Translations under genes and position numbers: made by a program
In this document: positions 17,846 through 28,905 of the stretch, one piece after another
How the letters are laid out: each line of letters begins with the position of its first letter
Position numbering within the stretch: the first letter of the stretch is position 1
From: an uncultured virus (IMG/VR IMGVR_UViG_2799112477_000001)
Lineage: Duplodnaviria > Heunggongvirae > Uroviricota > Caudoviricetes
IMG/VR virus record: IMGVR_UViG_2799112477_000001
Reading direction: 5' to 3' (one strand)
Length of the DNA stretch: 64,000 bases
Notes under the pieces: model-generated
The model's database searches: none
What the model saw: only the letters and a program-made list of their open reading frames with translations
What the model was told of the DNA's origin: nothing

Positions 17846-18418
17846 TTATTTGTACCTCCTCATGGCATTACCTAGCTGGTTTACGTGTGCGGAATGGATA
17901 TGGCTGTCTACACCGTATATGTGCATTGCCCAAATCTCTGGATGTGTCAGGGCTTCTGTGCACTGTGCCCAGAGCCTTACAGTATCGCTGATTCTGCCGT
18001 CACTGAGGCTTACCGCGTTGACGAGGGTAGCGACACATATCTCGGCATTGTGTTTTCCGAATGCATCGACCAGCGACTTTACAGCCTCTGTTGGAGCTGA
18101 GCTGTGTTTGTATGCGAGTATTGCCATATCGAGAAGGTTGCGGACGTATGTCCTTTCGGGTTCTCTTGAAAGGCTGTTTTCCTTTATATATATGTTGGCG
18201 ACATTGCAGAACCAAAGGATATTCACAAGCCCATATGTTTCCACTGCCTTATCTGTGGTTAGCTCAAATCTTGCGGACGGGTCTATCCACGGATTAGATA
18301 TTGCCTGTCCTTCGTAGTCGAATGAGATGTCTACGCCTTTGGATACCTTGTTCGGATTATCGGAGTAGAGCAGATCGTAGTTGTGCTCAGCATATCTTTT
18401 GATTGATGACAATTCCAT
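17846..18418 (-). CDS. DUF3849-like protein with an N-terminal NPW.DPS.RF module
   Basis: C-terminal DGRIS.....WA...HSAHVN. The N-terminal module is shared with the ORF at 24819-25103. Confidence 0.55.
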   Translation of the reverse strand: MELSSIKRYAEHNYDLLYSDNPNKVSKGVDISFDYEGQAISNPWIDPSARFELTTDKAVETYGLVNILWFCNVANIYIKENSLSREPERTYVRNLLDMAILAYKHSSAPTEAVKSLVDAFGKHNAEICVATLVNAVSLSDGRISDTVRLWAQCTEALTHPEIWAMHIYGVDSHIHSAHVNQLGNAMRRYK

Positions 18419-18847
18419 AATATTCTCCTGTTGAAATCGTAGTTAATCCTTTTCTTTAGCCGGTTTTCTTGCTCGCTTTTCTTCTGCATATGCGAGGATC
18501 CTGTCTGTCTGCTTCTTGAGGTCTTCTTTCTGATCTTCTGTCAGGGAGGATGCAGTATAGACAGTGTGGGGAGGCTCTTGTCATTTTAATAATCGTCTGC
18601 CTCGTATACTGTTGGCTCTCCAACGAATGAGTAGTCCATCATCTCGCCATCCCAGCCTTCCATTGACGCCTGGATGATATCCCACTCGGTTATATCTTCC
18701 GGCGAATCAGCTTCTATTTCTACATCGCAAAAATGATATGAAAGAGTCATATATCCGCTGACTGTATATGTTGCCATTTATCTCTCCTTATAATTGCGAC
18801 TTGCTCCCGCCTGCCGCCAAACATGTGATTTGACTGTGATATTGCGC

Positions 18848-18913
18848 TGGCACCGTCCGGAGTCGAACCTTCGGGTCGCAGTGCTGACCTGCTGTTCACA
18901 CAGTCTGACGCCA
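18848..18913 (-). ncRNA. Degenerate tRNA-like element (paralog of ~50221-50290)
   Basis: GGTTCGACTCC T-loop and a 3' CCA; no canonical D or anticodon arm. Confidence 0.4.
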
Positions 18914-18941
18914 CATCATCGGTTCTCACATTATTTTGGTT

Positions 18942-19196
18942 TAGTCGCTGTGGCTGTTCCCTTGCTTCAGAAAGTTTCACCGAGTAATGGTCGGCTACTT
19001 CCGCCGTAGTGCCGTTGCATCATACCTATCTAGCATCGGTATCGCTCTTCGAACACTCCGCACAGCGGGCAAGCCCCAAATAAGCGCTAACTTATTCTGC
19101 TTCACTCTTTCTTCAACATATCGGCTCTCGTCAGAGTTAATGGGGAACATCCCCAAACCTACGCCACACCCTGCACTACGTCCGTGCTTCAATTGG
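18942..19196 (-). ncRNA. Candidate structured ncRNA, copy 1
   Basis: Near-identical to 49891-50187, with a compensatory pair change and a variable-length stem. Strand is inferred from flanking features. Confidence 0.6.
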
Positions 19197-19758
19197 AGGG
19201 GATGGATAGCCTCGAACTATCATCTACATACGAGGAAGGGAGACCGCTTATATTGATCGCCTTTTTTCTTTTGCTTTTTTTATGTCTGAAGATTATTTCG
19301 CAATCAAGCAGAGCTGCTATCTTCTGGACCATTGCAAAATTCATTTTGTCCCGTGACATGGCGTTGTGGACAGTCTGCGGATGGCGACCGAGCTTTTTCG
19401 CTAATTCTCCCTGAGTCATTTCCTTGTCAACAAGGGCCTTTTTGATTATTTTAGCGGCGCCCATATTTTGTCTCCGTCCTTTCTTATATGTCGACTCATG
19501 AACAAGATCTCCCGGATAATCATATGCATCCGCATCTATAAGCCTTCCGTGTGGGGCTTTGATCTCAACAAGAGGGCAGAACTCCGGTATCTCGATATTC
19601 TCAAGAGCCGAATCAAGCAATCGATCCTCGTATGGTATTTCTGCAATTATCTCATTAAGCACATTGCACCATACACGCCCGTTCTCGTGGTAGTACCTCA
19701 CGAGCGGGCAGTAGCAACACTTTTCAGGCTTATTCACGCCTGGAATAAACAAACTCAT
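19189..19758 (-). CDS. Fusion or read-through of a phage-type Cys protein (CPL.E....GRLIDAD) and an XRE HTH
   Basis: The N half is paralogous to 49359-49613. The C half contains MTQGELAKKLGRHPQTV, with an internal RBS and ATG near 19464. Confidence 0.55.
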   Translation of the reverse strand: MSLFIPGVNKPEKCCYCPLVRYYHENGRVWCNVLNEIIAEIPYEDRLLDSALENIEIPEFCPLVEIKAPHGRLIDADAYDYPGDLVHESTYKKGRRQNMGAAKIIKKALVDKEMTQGELAKKLGRHPQTVHNAMSRDKMNFAMVQKIAALLDCEIIFRHKKSKRKKAINISGLPSSYVDDSSRLSIPSN

Positions 19759-19842
19759 TATTTGACCTCCTTTATAGAAACGTGAGCGGAAAGCTCGATT
19801 TAGGGATCATGCCCAGGTACTTTAGCCCTGGGTAACTCGCCG

Positions 19843-20646
19843 TCAGATTTTTCCTTCCTTGTGATATCGGTAAAGAGTGGAAAGCGATACGCCAATGTCA
19901 CCAAACTCTTTACTTATTGAGTAGAGCGATTTCCCGCACTTGAGAGAAGTGGCTATCATTTTGGATAGTTGGCCAATCTCTGCATCTGTAAGCTTTTTCT
20001 TTTTTCTGGACACCGAATAGTTTTTCTTTGCTGTGTTGTTCGCGGATACCGGCATATAATATCGTTTTTCCAGAACGCACTTGGCGACATTTGGACAGCC
20101 ATTACAGACATAAGGCGCCTTCTTGTGGGCAGGGCAGACCTCTTTCTCGTATTTATTGCAGTTGCCTCCTGCAGACTTCACACATACATGACGGGTACAG
20201 TCTTTTCTGAAAATACAGTCAGTGTATATCTTTTTTCTCCCATCGAGATCGACTGCTTCTGCGTGCTTCTTGATCTCTCGTGTGATTGTGGAAGGACTCA
20301 CGTTGAGTTCTCTCGCAATGGAGCGAAAGCTCTGTCTTGAATTCAATCTGTCTCTTATTAACCATCGATCCTGTAGTGCCAGGTGACAATACTTGGTATC
20401 CGGTTTATTTTTCCTCTTTTTCTTGTTCTTGGCGCGAAGAGCCAGAGCCTTCTGATGCTTCTTATAGCATCTGCTACAGAGAAGCTTTCCCTTTATGGAG
20501 TGAAAGTCAACTGCAGCGATCGCATCCCTGTCGTTGTAGACTCTCTTTCCGGCAGGGAGGCGTCCGCCGTTTTCGCCTGTCTTGGTGACTGCCTTGAAAC
20601 CGCATTCATCACAATATAGCTTGTATCTGATCCTCTTTTTGAGCAT
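19843..20646 (-). CDS. Zn-finger fused to an IS30-type DNA-binding region, with no DDE domain
   Basis: HL...DR..I......SFRSIARELNVSPSTITREIKKH, a Cys-rich insert (PYVCNGC) and VSLSTLYRY, then stop. Confidence 0.65.
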   Translation of the reverse strand: MLKKRIRYKLYCDECGFKAVTKTGENGGRLPAGKRVYNDRDAIAAVDFHSIKGKLLCSRCYKKHQKALALRAKNKKKRKNKPDTKYCHLALQDRWLIRDRLNSRQSFRSIARELNVSPSTITREIKKHAEAVDLDGRKKIYTDCIFRKDCTRHVCVKSAGGNCNKYEKEVCPAHKKAPYVCNGCPNVAKCVLEKRYYMPVSANNTAKKNYSVSRKKKKLTDAEIGQLSKMIATSLKCGKSLYSISKEFGDIGVSLSTLYRYHKEGKI

Positions 20647-20984
20647 TCTTTTTCTCCTGTATGTGCATCTGCAGGCAGCGGTTAATGCTGCCTGCTCTAC
20701 ACTTTTGCGAAACTCAGCATTCGCTGTCTGCACAGCTTAACCCCGCTGTGCTGAGAGATTGTGCTTGTAAACCGTGTGTCCTTTGGCATCAAGAGAGTCC
20801 TATTCGGCTGCTTGCATCTAGTGCGCAAAAAGAATATGTCCCCCGTCATTGAAAATCTATTTTTCATTATTCAACATATAAGGGGCACAATCACGCCCTT
20901 AAAGCTCCCGGAAGGGTACGACCCTTCGCTGGTTATTTCTGCTGCAACGTGCACGGGAGCATATTGCCCGGGTTTTGTATGTTG

Positions 20985-21926
20985 TTATTTGGGCTGTTCT
21001 GAAAAGGTATCCTCCTGGGATTCCTCGATCGATCCGCTGTTCAGCAGCTTACTGCTTATCTCGCGTATTACAGCCTTCATGATCTTGCGCTGAACGCGCT
21101 CATATCTGCATATGGCAAGAATGCGGTCTTCCGGCATAGAGAATGAAATGTCATCAAGAAAGCGATGTACCATCCGTACGGATTCAGCTTCGGAGAAAGA
21201 TTTGATCTCATGTGAAGCGGAGAATCTGCTCATAAAAGCAGGATCAAGTTTGTCCGGTCTGTTCGTAGCACCGATAACGATTATATTATTCGGTAAAGAA
21301 TCGAACTCCTGCATCAGCGTTATGACCGTCCTGGATAACTCTCCATCCGGGCCGGAATCTCCGGCTTTGCCTCGCTTCATTGCGATACAGTCGACTTCGT
21401 CCAGCATAAAGACACATTCCATCTGCTTAACGTAGTTGAAAATAAGATTGAGGTTTGCGGATGTTTTGCCCATGAGAGAATCTACAAGCTGCGAAAAGTT
21501 AACATAGCAGAAGGGAAGCCCCAGCTTATATGCAACGTATCTTCCGAATTCTGTTTTGCCTGTGCCCGGCTCTCCGCAAAGCATCGTTGCATTCACGTAT
21601 GGGATCTGAAGCTCCATCAGCTTGCGGCTGACCTTCTTCATCTTCTCTATTTCACGGAACATTTCGGCTTCTCTGTCTGAAAGATAGTATCTGCCTTCTT
21701 TAAATGTTCCGGAGACATCTTCCACGATCAGCTTTCCCTTGAGGTTCATAGGGATCTCGAGAAATGCCGGTTCGTTTTCGAGCATTTGCTTGTAACGGTT
21801 AACGAAGTAGCGATTTTTCTGTGTAGTGTCCTCGGCAAGACAGGCTTTTGCTGCCGCTTTAGCTTTTCTAAAATCGTTTTGTGCTACTGCCGCTATTAGA
21901 TTTTGCTGATTACTTGTTAAAGCCAT
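20985..21926 (-). CDS. AAA+ ATPase
   Basis: Walker A GEPGTGKT, Walker B MLDEVD and SRH GATNRPDKLDPAFMSRF. Confidence 0.9.
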   Translation of the reverse strand: MALTSNQQNLIAAVAQNDFRKAKAAAKACLAEDTTQKNRYFVNRYKQMLENEPAFLEIPMNLKGKLIVEDVSGTFKEGRYYLSDREAEMFREIEKMKKVSRKLMELQIPYVNATMLCGEPGTGKTEFGRYVAYKLGLPFCYVNFSQLVDSLMGKTSANLNLIFNYVKQMECVFMLDEVDCIAMKRGKAGDSGPDGELSRTVITLMQEFDSLPNNIIVIGATNRPDKLDPAFMSRFSASHEIKSFSEAESVRMVHRFLDDISFSMPEDRILAICRYERVQRKIMKAVIREISSKLLNSGSIEESQEDTFSEQPK

Positions 21927-22727
21927 TTTTTCCCTTTCGATATTATTCCCAACGCATTTGCTTTCTGTGTGAATAACACTCTTTCAGAAATTCCTTCAAG
22001 TGCTCATAATCCTTGCCGTCAGAATAGGCACCATATGTGAATATCCTGTCGCCGAAATCGATGTCCTTGATCAGATCATAGATCTTCTTGCAGGTCTTAT
22101 AACTGATCTTTCCGCTGCAATCACTTTGATACAGGAAGTCAAATATGTCCGCATCTTTTTCGTCAGGGTCCAGTTGGCTTATGAGCAGGTTAGAAAGCTT
22201 ATCGTGCTCCTCAAACTGTCTTGGAGTATGGCAATATATCAGATTTCCGTAATGCTCGCCGAATTCCTTGTTGTAGGCGATAGCAATGTTCTTTCGGAGC
22301 GAAAAGAATCCGCCGCAACCCAGAAAAAAGTCGTATTTAGAATTAGTTGCCGTTATTGATATTCCCATTATCTCTCCTTCGAGGCGCGGTGGCATGCACG
22401 ACATCTTCTGTTGCGAATACCGACCGGTCCTTCAGCCAAACGGCTTTTCTCACTATCTTTTCTGACAGTATCGGGTCGCAACCGCCGGGCTGAGCTATAT
22501 AGCAAACCTCAATGCTGCCAAAGCCGATAGCTTCCTGAAGCAGCTTCTTTGCTTCCTTCTCCGACTTGGCTCCGACATAATATCGTCCCTTCGTGCTGTG
22601 GCCGGCCCATATCGGGCCTCTGGCGTCAACAAGGCATACATACGTGTTGATTTTACTCATCTGGAGTGTTCCTTTCTCGCGCTGAAATGTACACACGCCT
22701 CTCTGATACCCGTGACCAGCATGGACA

Positions 22728-22807
22728 TGAGCACTTAGGCTTAATCAACTGACTTGATTGCTCAAGTCCCCGCTTCAAGGCGTTAACCTAAGCGGTGGGA
22801 GGTTGAC
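22728..22807 (-). mobile_element. Truncated orphan copy of the IscB element / omegaRNA 5' end
   Basis: Homologous to 17073-17155 (GTCAACC.CCCACCGCTTA...TTGAAGCGGGG.CTTG...CAAGTCAGTTGATTA(A)GCCTAAGTGCTCA). Confidence 0.85.
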
Positions 22808-23659
22808 ATCTGTGGAGTCTGTTCTGCAAGTGCAGCTTTGCTAAGACAATGGAGATACAGGTTGTAATAGCCCGGTCCGTCAAGATCGAGCCATACGTTG
22901 AATTCTATTGGGCTTGGATGCGGAAGCAGATGCTTGTGGCAGTATTCCTTGAGATCATCCAGAGTAGGGAAGGTCTCTTTGAAGGCTTCGAGGACTGCGT
23001 CGAACTCTTCTGTCAGCTCCGGCGTTTCCACTTCCGGATTGATCGGCCACACTGTGTCCCACCATCTGTAGCCGTCGTAGTCACAGCGGAAATATTCGAG
23101 TTCTGCTGCGGAGTAGCCTCTTTCGTTTTTTCTGTCCCATGCGTCAGGGCAGGGGCAGGTCTTTGTGAGTTTGCCTGAGAGGTTCATAGAGGCTCCTTTT
23201 AGTGGGAATTATACTGATATTATATCGCATTTCGTGTTCGCTTTGCGGTGTAGGATGAAGAAATTACTCAGCTTTATCCCTCTGCAATCTTGAATACTGC
23301 GGTTTTCTTGATGCTGATATGCCCGGATGTATCGAGCTTGTCTGCGACTATAGAAAGGACTTCCTCTCTGTCAGCAATTTGGTAGTGTCTTTTGCCGGCC
23401 TCGTCATACCAGCCGACCTTGTATTTCTCTTTCATGTAAAGCCTCCTTTACATCCACGGGGTCCAATTGGGTCTTCCTTTCCAGTCCTTTTCTGATACGC
23501 CGTTCTTATCGAGGCGGACGCTTCTGGACTGGATCGTATATTTGACCCTCGGGTGTTTTTCCTTAAGTTCTGCAAGCTTCTGCTGTATACAGTCATACGA
23601 ATCTGAGCGGAAGCATTCAGCGCCGTCCTTGTTTATTCTGTATTCGTATCGTTCGCGTA

Positions 23660-24778
23660 TCATTGTGCAGATCCTCCGAGGCCGGGGCTTGGGCTGTCAG
23701 CTGCACGGTACTCCTTCGGAGCAGGACGCATATTTCCTCTCTCAGGGCCTTTTTCAAATGGTTTGATGTAGATTACCTTTCCGCTCTGATAGTGCCTGTA
23801 GTGACCTCTGACAGACCACGCGGCGGTGCGTCTTACTATTCTCCCGCGGTGCACTTTTACAGCGGAGTTCTCCGCGCATTCGATGACCGGTCCTCCGAGG
23901 AAAACGATCTTTCTTCGTCTGTTGTTCTTGCTTTTCCGCGTCACTCTGACGAGTTTCTGATCGGTATCTGCGGCGGAAGGGGAGGGCTCTGATTCAGCAT
24001 GTTCCTGTGCCTCGATGAGCCTGTTCAGATGCAGGAACGTCCCTACGAATACGTTCAGCATATGTCCGTTGATCTCCTGCGCACTTTTAAGTTCTTCTTC
24101 CGCGTCGAAGCGGTAGTCCCTCAGCATTCTCCGTGCTATAGGTACATCTGTGAATGTGAGTACCGTTTTCGGCATTCCTAGCGCTATGTACACAAGGTCG
24201 TCTCCCGAGAAGCTGTGTTCTGCACGGATATTGCCCTTGTCCATTATGAAGGTCGTCGCCTGCCGGAAGAGGAACCCTACATCATGCACGCGCTTTTCGT
24301 AGACGGCCAGTTCGACCTTCAGGCGATCTTCTTCCGGATCCGCCTCAAGGACCTTGAAGTGCAGATATACCGGATGGTGGTTTTCTTCCGTGTTCTCGTA
24401 GAAGAAGTGATGCTGTATGACTCCTTCGCGGAGGAATGGGAGGTACTCCCTTACGTGCACAGAGCAATCTCTTTTCAGAAACTCGTCTATGCATATCCCG
24501 AGTCCCGATATGTTGCAGTTCTCCTCACCTGAACCGTCTATGAGGTTGATGCAGTCGTATTTCTTGATTTCTCTTTGGTCCAGAAGGCGGTCGTATGGGA
24601 ACATCCCCTGCGGGATATCGTTTTCCGGAGCGTCTGCGCTCTTTTTGACCTTCGCGTATATCTCCGGCATCTTCCGGACCAGTGTCCGGATCCCGTTGCT
24701 GTAGTCGGCGAGTACGACCGGCTGATTTCCTACCGGAAAGCGGATATTCCATTCGTCCTGTGGAATGTTTCTGTTCAT
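23660..24778 (-). CDS. Phage/MGE protein with a C-terminal VRGH.R motif
   Basis: WSVRGHYRHYQSGKVIYIKPFEKG. Confidence 0.6.
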   Translation of the reverse strand: MNRNIPQDEWNIRFPVGNQPVVLADYSNGIRTLVRKMPEIYAKVKKSADAPENDIPQGMFPYDRLLDQREIKKYDCINLIDGSGEENCNISGLGICIDEFLKRDCSVHVREYLPFLREGVIQHHFFYENTEENHHPVYLHFKVLEADPEEDRLKVELAVYEKRVHDVGFLFRQATTFIMDKGNIRAEHSFSGDDLVYIALGMPKTVLTFTDVPIARRMLRDYRFDAEEELKSAQEINGHMLNVFVGTFLHLNRLIEAQEHAESEPSPSAADTDQKLVRVTRKSKNNRRRKIVFLGGPVIECAENSAVKVHRGRIVRRTAAWSVRGHYRHYQSGKVIYIKPFEKGPERGNMRPAPKEYRAADSPSPGLGGSAQ

Positions 24779-25715
24779 GAGTTCTCCAATGATATTACGC
24801 AGGCTATCCCAAGGCCTCTTAACAGTTCTGTGGGTGGCCGTCTGACATCCATCCGCTTACCTTGTCTGCGCTGTTCTCGCGAAGGATCGTGCGACAAAAC
24901 TCCTCAAATCGATCTTTGCCGTACAGATGGATAGATTCCTCGGTCAAAAGGGGAAACCTGCCTGAAGGGTCAAGCCACGGGTTTATGATGTACTGGCCCT
25001 CGAAGTAGAAGCCTATACAGTCGCTGTATTCTCCATATTCGTTGGCATCGCTGTACTGTTCTTCTGTAAGAGCTTTTGCCTTTTCTATGTGCTCTGTTAT
25101 CATGACTTTCCTCCGGATGAAAGGGGAGGCCGGGTTTTGCCTTCGTCCCATTGGTGGAATTAAGGGATGCAGCGCGGTATTTGCTGACCGCCGCGCCATC
25201 GGCAGGAAAAATTCAACAAAAGATGCCTTTCGGCTGGCCCGAAGATACGATGCCTCTTCGGGTGGGCCTGATAACTTATCCATCGAATTCTCCGCGTTCT
25301 TCCATCATATTCATTACCTCAGTAAACACTCTGGTCTGAGCATCTCTCCACTCTTCAAGCTGCGCATTGTCCTTGAAGATGAGTGCTATATGGGGTGTCT
25401 CATTGATGTCAGAGCGGTGGACGATCAAAGGGTAGGGGTGCGGTTCGTTCATCTGCTCCTGCGACCTCGGGGTGAATGTGAGGATCTTCAGTGCTTCAAG
25501 AAAACTCATATCATTGTATGTACTACCCATATGGTGTACGCAGCCAGGTCCGTCTTTTCCGCTTTTGCTTATAACTGCGCCAAAATGCGGAGAACTCTCG
25601 CAGAAGCAGTAATAACCGAGGTGCGGGGTCTCCCACGGCTTGGCAAGCATGTATCTGCAGTGGCGGCAGCTATTGTTGTTCTCTGATATTACTTTGTCAG
25701 TGTTGTTTGTAGTAT

Positions 25716-25928
25716 TCATGACTTGGCCTTTTCCTTTAAATCGATTTCATATCCCAGCGCATCGAGCAGAAGTACTAATGTGTCTGTATGCATCTGTCTG
25801 TGGCCGTTCTCAAAGCCTATGATAGAGTTCTTGTGAACTCCGGAGGCTGTGGCTAATTGGGCCTGCGTCCAGTTCCTTTTATGCCTTAAGGCTCGAAGTT
25901 CTGCGCCCAGGGTATTATTACTCATCAT
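25716..25928 (-). CDS. XRE-family HTH regulator
   Basis: LRALRHKRNWTQAQLATASGVHKNSIIGFENG. Confidence 0.85.
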   Translation of the reverse strand: MMSNNTLGAELRALRHKRNWTQAQLATASGVHKNSIIGFENGHRQMHTDTLVLLLDALGYEIDLKEKAKS

Positions 25929-27415
25929 TACAGTCTCCTTTCGTCATCGGGACTCAGCGGCTCGGGATGGGGCAAGCGGGACACTGCTCCTATAGCCGAA
26001 ATTCTTCTTGTCGGCATATTCCTTAACGCTGAACTTTCCACCTGCATCAAATATTCTGTACATATCATCAATCGGTACAGGGACTGTGATCTCTTCGCCG
26101 TAAGAGTTCTTGTCGACATGTGCTTTGTACAATTTGTCTGCTTCTTTTACAGACCCGCAAACATACAGAAAAGGGTATGTCATAAAGTCTCTGACATAAA
26201 CGACATTGTCGGTGATCCTTGCAATCATGGAATAAATCTGGTATTCGGATTTATCTCTGCCATATCTTCTTGTCTTATAATCCCAGTCAGAACCACCGGA
26301 CAGCTTGGAATTTGCATGTACAAATGCCTTGAATTCGAGCGGTACGATCTGCTCCTTCGCAATTACGTCAGCATCGGTATCGATGGTATTGAACAAGCTG
26401 TAAAGATTGATTTGATCATGTTTCATATCTATGCCTCGTTTCTACATCCATCCGCAATCCGTCTGCGGTTCATAATTGCTTACTCTACAAATCTTGCAAA
26501 CATCAGCTTTGCCATCAAGTTCGCAAGCCTCGCAATCCGTCTGCAGAGTATCGGCTTCACGGCACTCCGTCAGTATGTCAAGCACCCATGTGCTTAACGA
26601 CAGCCTTGCACTCTTGCTTATGCTTTCTCGCTCATTGAGGATTTCATAATGGTGTTTGCGAATCTGCTGATATGCTTCCTTAAATGTCATCCACTTGCCC
26701 CCTTCCGTATACTCTGAATCGTAGTAGTCTTTGTTCTTCCTGATAGGGCTGTATGCAGTTTCATAGAAGTCATTGTCCTTTACCCTGTGCTTGATCCAGA
26801 TGATCTCCCGCAGACGTCTTCTAACATCTATCTCGCTCGCTGTAGTGGTATTGCACTTCTGCATGTCTGATGCCAGGGATTCAACATCTTCGATAAATCT
26901 GCTGACCGGCATCGGGATATGCAGCTTCTCTTTCAGTTCGTCATGCAGTGATGAGAGGGTAGGGTTGTCCGCTTTAGCCACTATGCAGAGCAGGCGGTCA
27001 AGCAAATCAAGCGATGACAGCTGCCCGCTCTGGTATGCCGCTGCGATCTGGGCGGTCTTGCTCCTGCAAAGGCTGACCGGGCGGTATGTAGCAAGGTAGT
27101 AGCCTGAAGCTCGCTCTACGCGTATAAGAACGCGGTCATCCTTGACGGTGATAGCGAAGCCCTTTTGCTTGGCCTGTCTGATGTGGTTCAGAAGGTCTTC
27201 TTCTATAATGAAGAACTGAGATATCCCAAGAAGACTTCCTTCAGATGATTATTCATCTACGACCTCCTCGATCATATAGTCTTCGTCTCTTGACATTGCC
27301 TTCAGGCCCCGACTATCTCGGGGATCTTTTCCAATGCTTTTCTGTATGCATATTCGCTCATATTGTCCTTTTGTTTCTCCTGTTCAAATGAATTGCCGTG
27401 GTATAACTCCAGAAG

Positions 27416-28009
27416 TTACTTGCTGATCGGCCTTGCGATGAGCTCGCCTGTGGTGTAGTTCTTGAGAAACTGCGCTTTGACGAGCCTGTAGTGTTCGCCG
27501 TACTCTTTTATCTCGGCAATCATCGCTTTGGCTGTGTCGACATCTCTGGCCCAGAGAAGGGCATCGTCCCTGTATACGTTAGCCCACTTGTCGCCGACGC
27601 GCTGCTGTATGACATAGCCGGTCAGATCTGACAGGATCTCTTTCTGCGCTTGCCTTAACGCGTTCCTTTTGCGGTTCATCTCGTGGCGTTCCCGGTTTTC
27701 TTTGTCGACCTGTTTTCTAAGGAGCTTCTCCTCAAGACGCGGATTGGGGATCCTTTCGAGGACCACATTGACAGCAGTAGGGGTTGCACCGGTCTGTTCT
27801 TCTGTGATCTCGAACTGAACCTTTGCTCCGGTAAACGCGCATGCGTCCCACAGAGTCATCCACTGGCCTGAGTAGTAGCCGCCTTCATTGGCGTTTGTGA
27901 CGTATTTCTTGTCTGACCAATAGCGGACACCGTTGTCGCCCTTGATGAAGAAATAGCTGCCGTTCCACTTCTTGATGTGGTCTATCGTACCTGTGATAAC
28001 GTCCTTCAT
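27416..28009 (-). CDS. Protein with an N-terminal cold-shock/OB-fold-like domain
   Basis: TGTI..IKKWNGSYFFIKGDNG...GAKVQFEI......AVNV. Confidence 0.5.
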   Translation of the reverse strand: MKDVITGTIDHIKKWNGSYFFIKGDNGVRYWSDKKYVTNANEGGYYSGQWMTLWDACAFTGAKVQFEITEEQTGATPTAVNVVLERIPNPRLEEKLLRKQVDKENRERHEMNRKRNALRQAQKEILSDLTGYVIQQRVGDKWANVYRDDALLWARDVDTAKAMIAEIKEYGEHYRLVKAQFLKNYTTGELIARPISK

Positions 28010-28334
28010 GACTCCTTTCCCTCCCAGTCTTCGCAGTTATCGCCGTAAAGGGTAGGGCAGCCGCAGTTTTCGCTTCTCTCATTTCCGCAGTAGAAGCCGC
28101 TGTGCTGTCTCACGCCGCTGCCGTCTCTGTCATAGCAGTTGTGCCTGCATGTTCCGCATACTTCTTTGGTGTTCATGGTGTGCGTTCCTTTCTGTTACCC
28201 GAGTCGGTCCTGTCACCATAGAACCGAGCTCAGTCGTTGCTTGAATTATGTATGTATGAGTTCCGGCGAAAGTGGCGATTTTCGCCACTTAGCGCCGAGA
28301 GAGGAGGGTAAATATGTGTGGTTACCCTATGAGC

Positions 28335-28363
28335 ATTATACCAAACTATGCAGTAAATGTCAA
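28335..28363 (-). promoter_or_regulatory. Consensus sigma-A promoter
   Basis: TTGACA-17-TATAAT with an extended TG, followed by a hairpin-rich leader at 28200-28290. Confidence 0.8.
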
Positions 28364-28905
28364 TTTAACGCATAGTTCAATCTGTTTTAAAAACAGGCTT
28401 AGCCGCCCGCTACATCGCTGGATATCTACACCGGCCCGTTACGACGCTTTTCCCGCGTTCTTTTTTCTGTTTTTATTCACTGTCCTGAATATTTCCGCCG
28501 GGAGCTGTAGCACTGTCACTAGGACCAGATCATCGAGGTCTTCTGTATAGATAAACGCTTTGTCTCCGTACAGATATATTACTCTGTTTTCATCGTAGTA
28601 CTGCTGATCAAGCCAGCGTCTTACGGTTCCTTTGGTTTCTTCTGCGTTTGTTCCTCTTTCAATTGCCAGGTTGCAGATTCTTTCTGCTGCTGCTTTCTTT
28701 CCTGCGCCGCAACGATCTTTGATTCGCTGTCTTGCGTGATTGCTGATGTAGATATTGCCGTTCATGATGTTCTCCTTTCTTAGGTACTCTGATACCTTTT
28801 GATATGATTTCTCGCCTTAGAGGGCGAAATGTTGCCTCGTATTCTGAGAAATCTGCGGTCACCAGTCGCAGAACTCTCGGCACGAGGCCTTTGGTGCTTT
28901 GGTTT

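Noticed and set aside
19100..19140. Hammerhead ribozyme suggested by CTGACGAG...GAAA on the - strand
   Set aside because: I could not build stem II or the stem I/III cleavage-site geometry.
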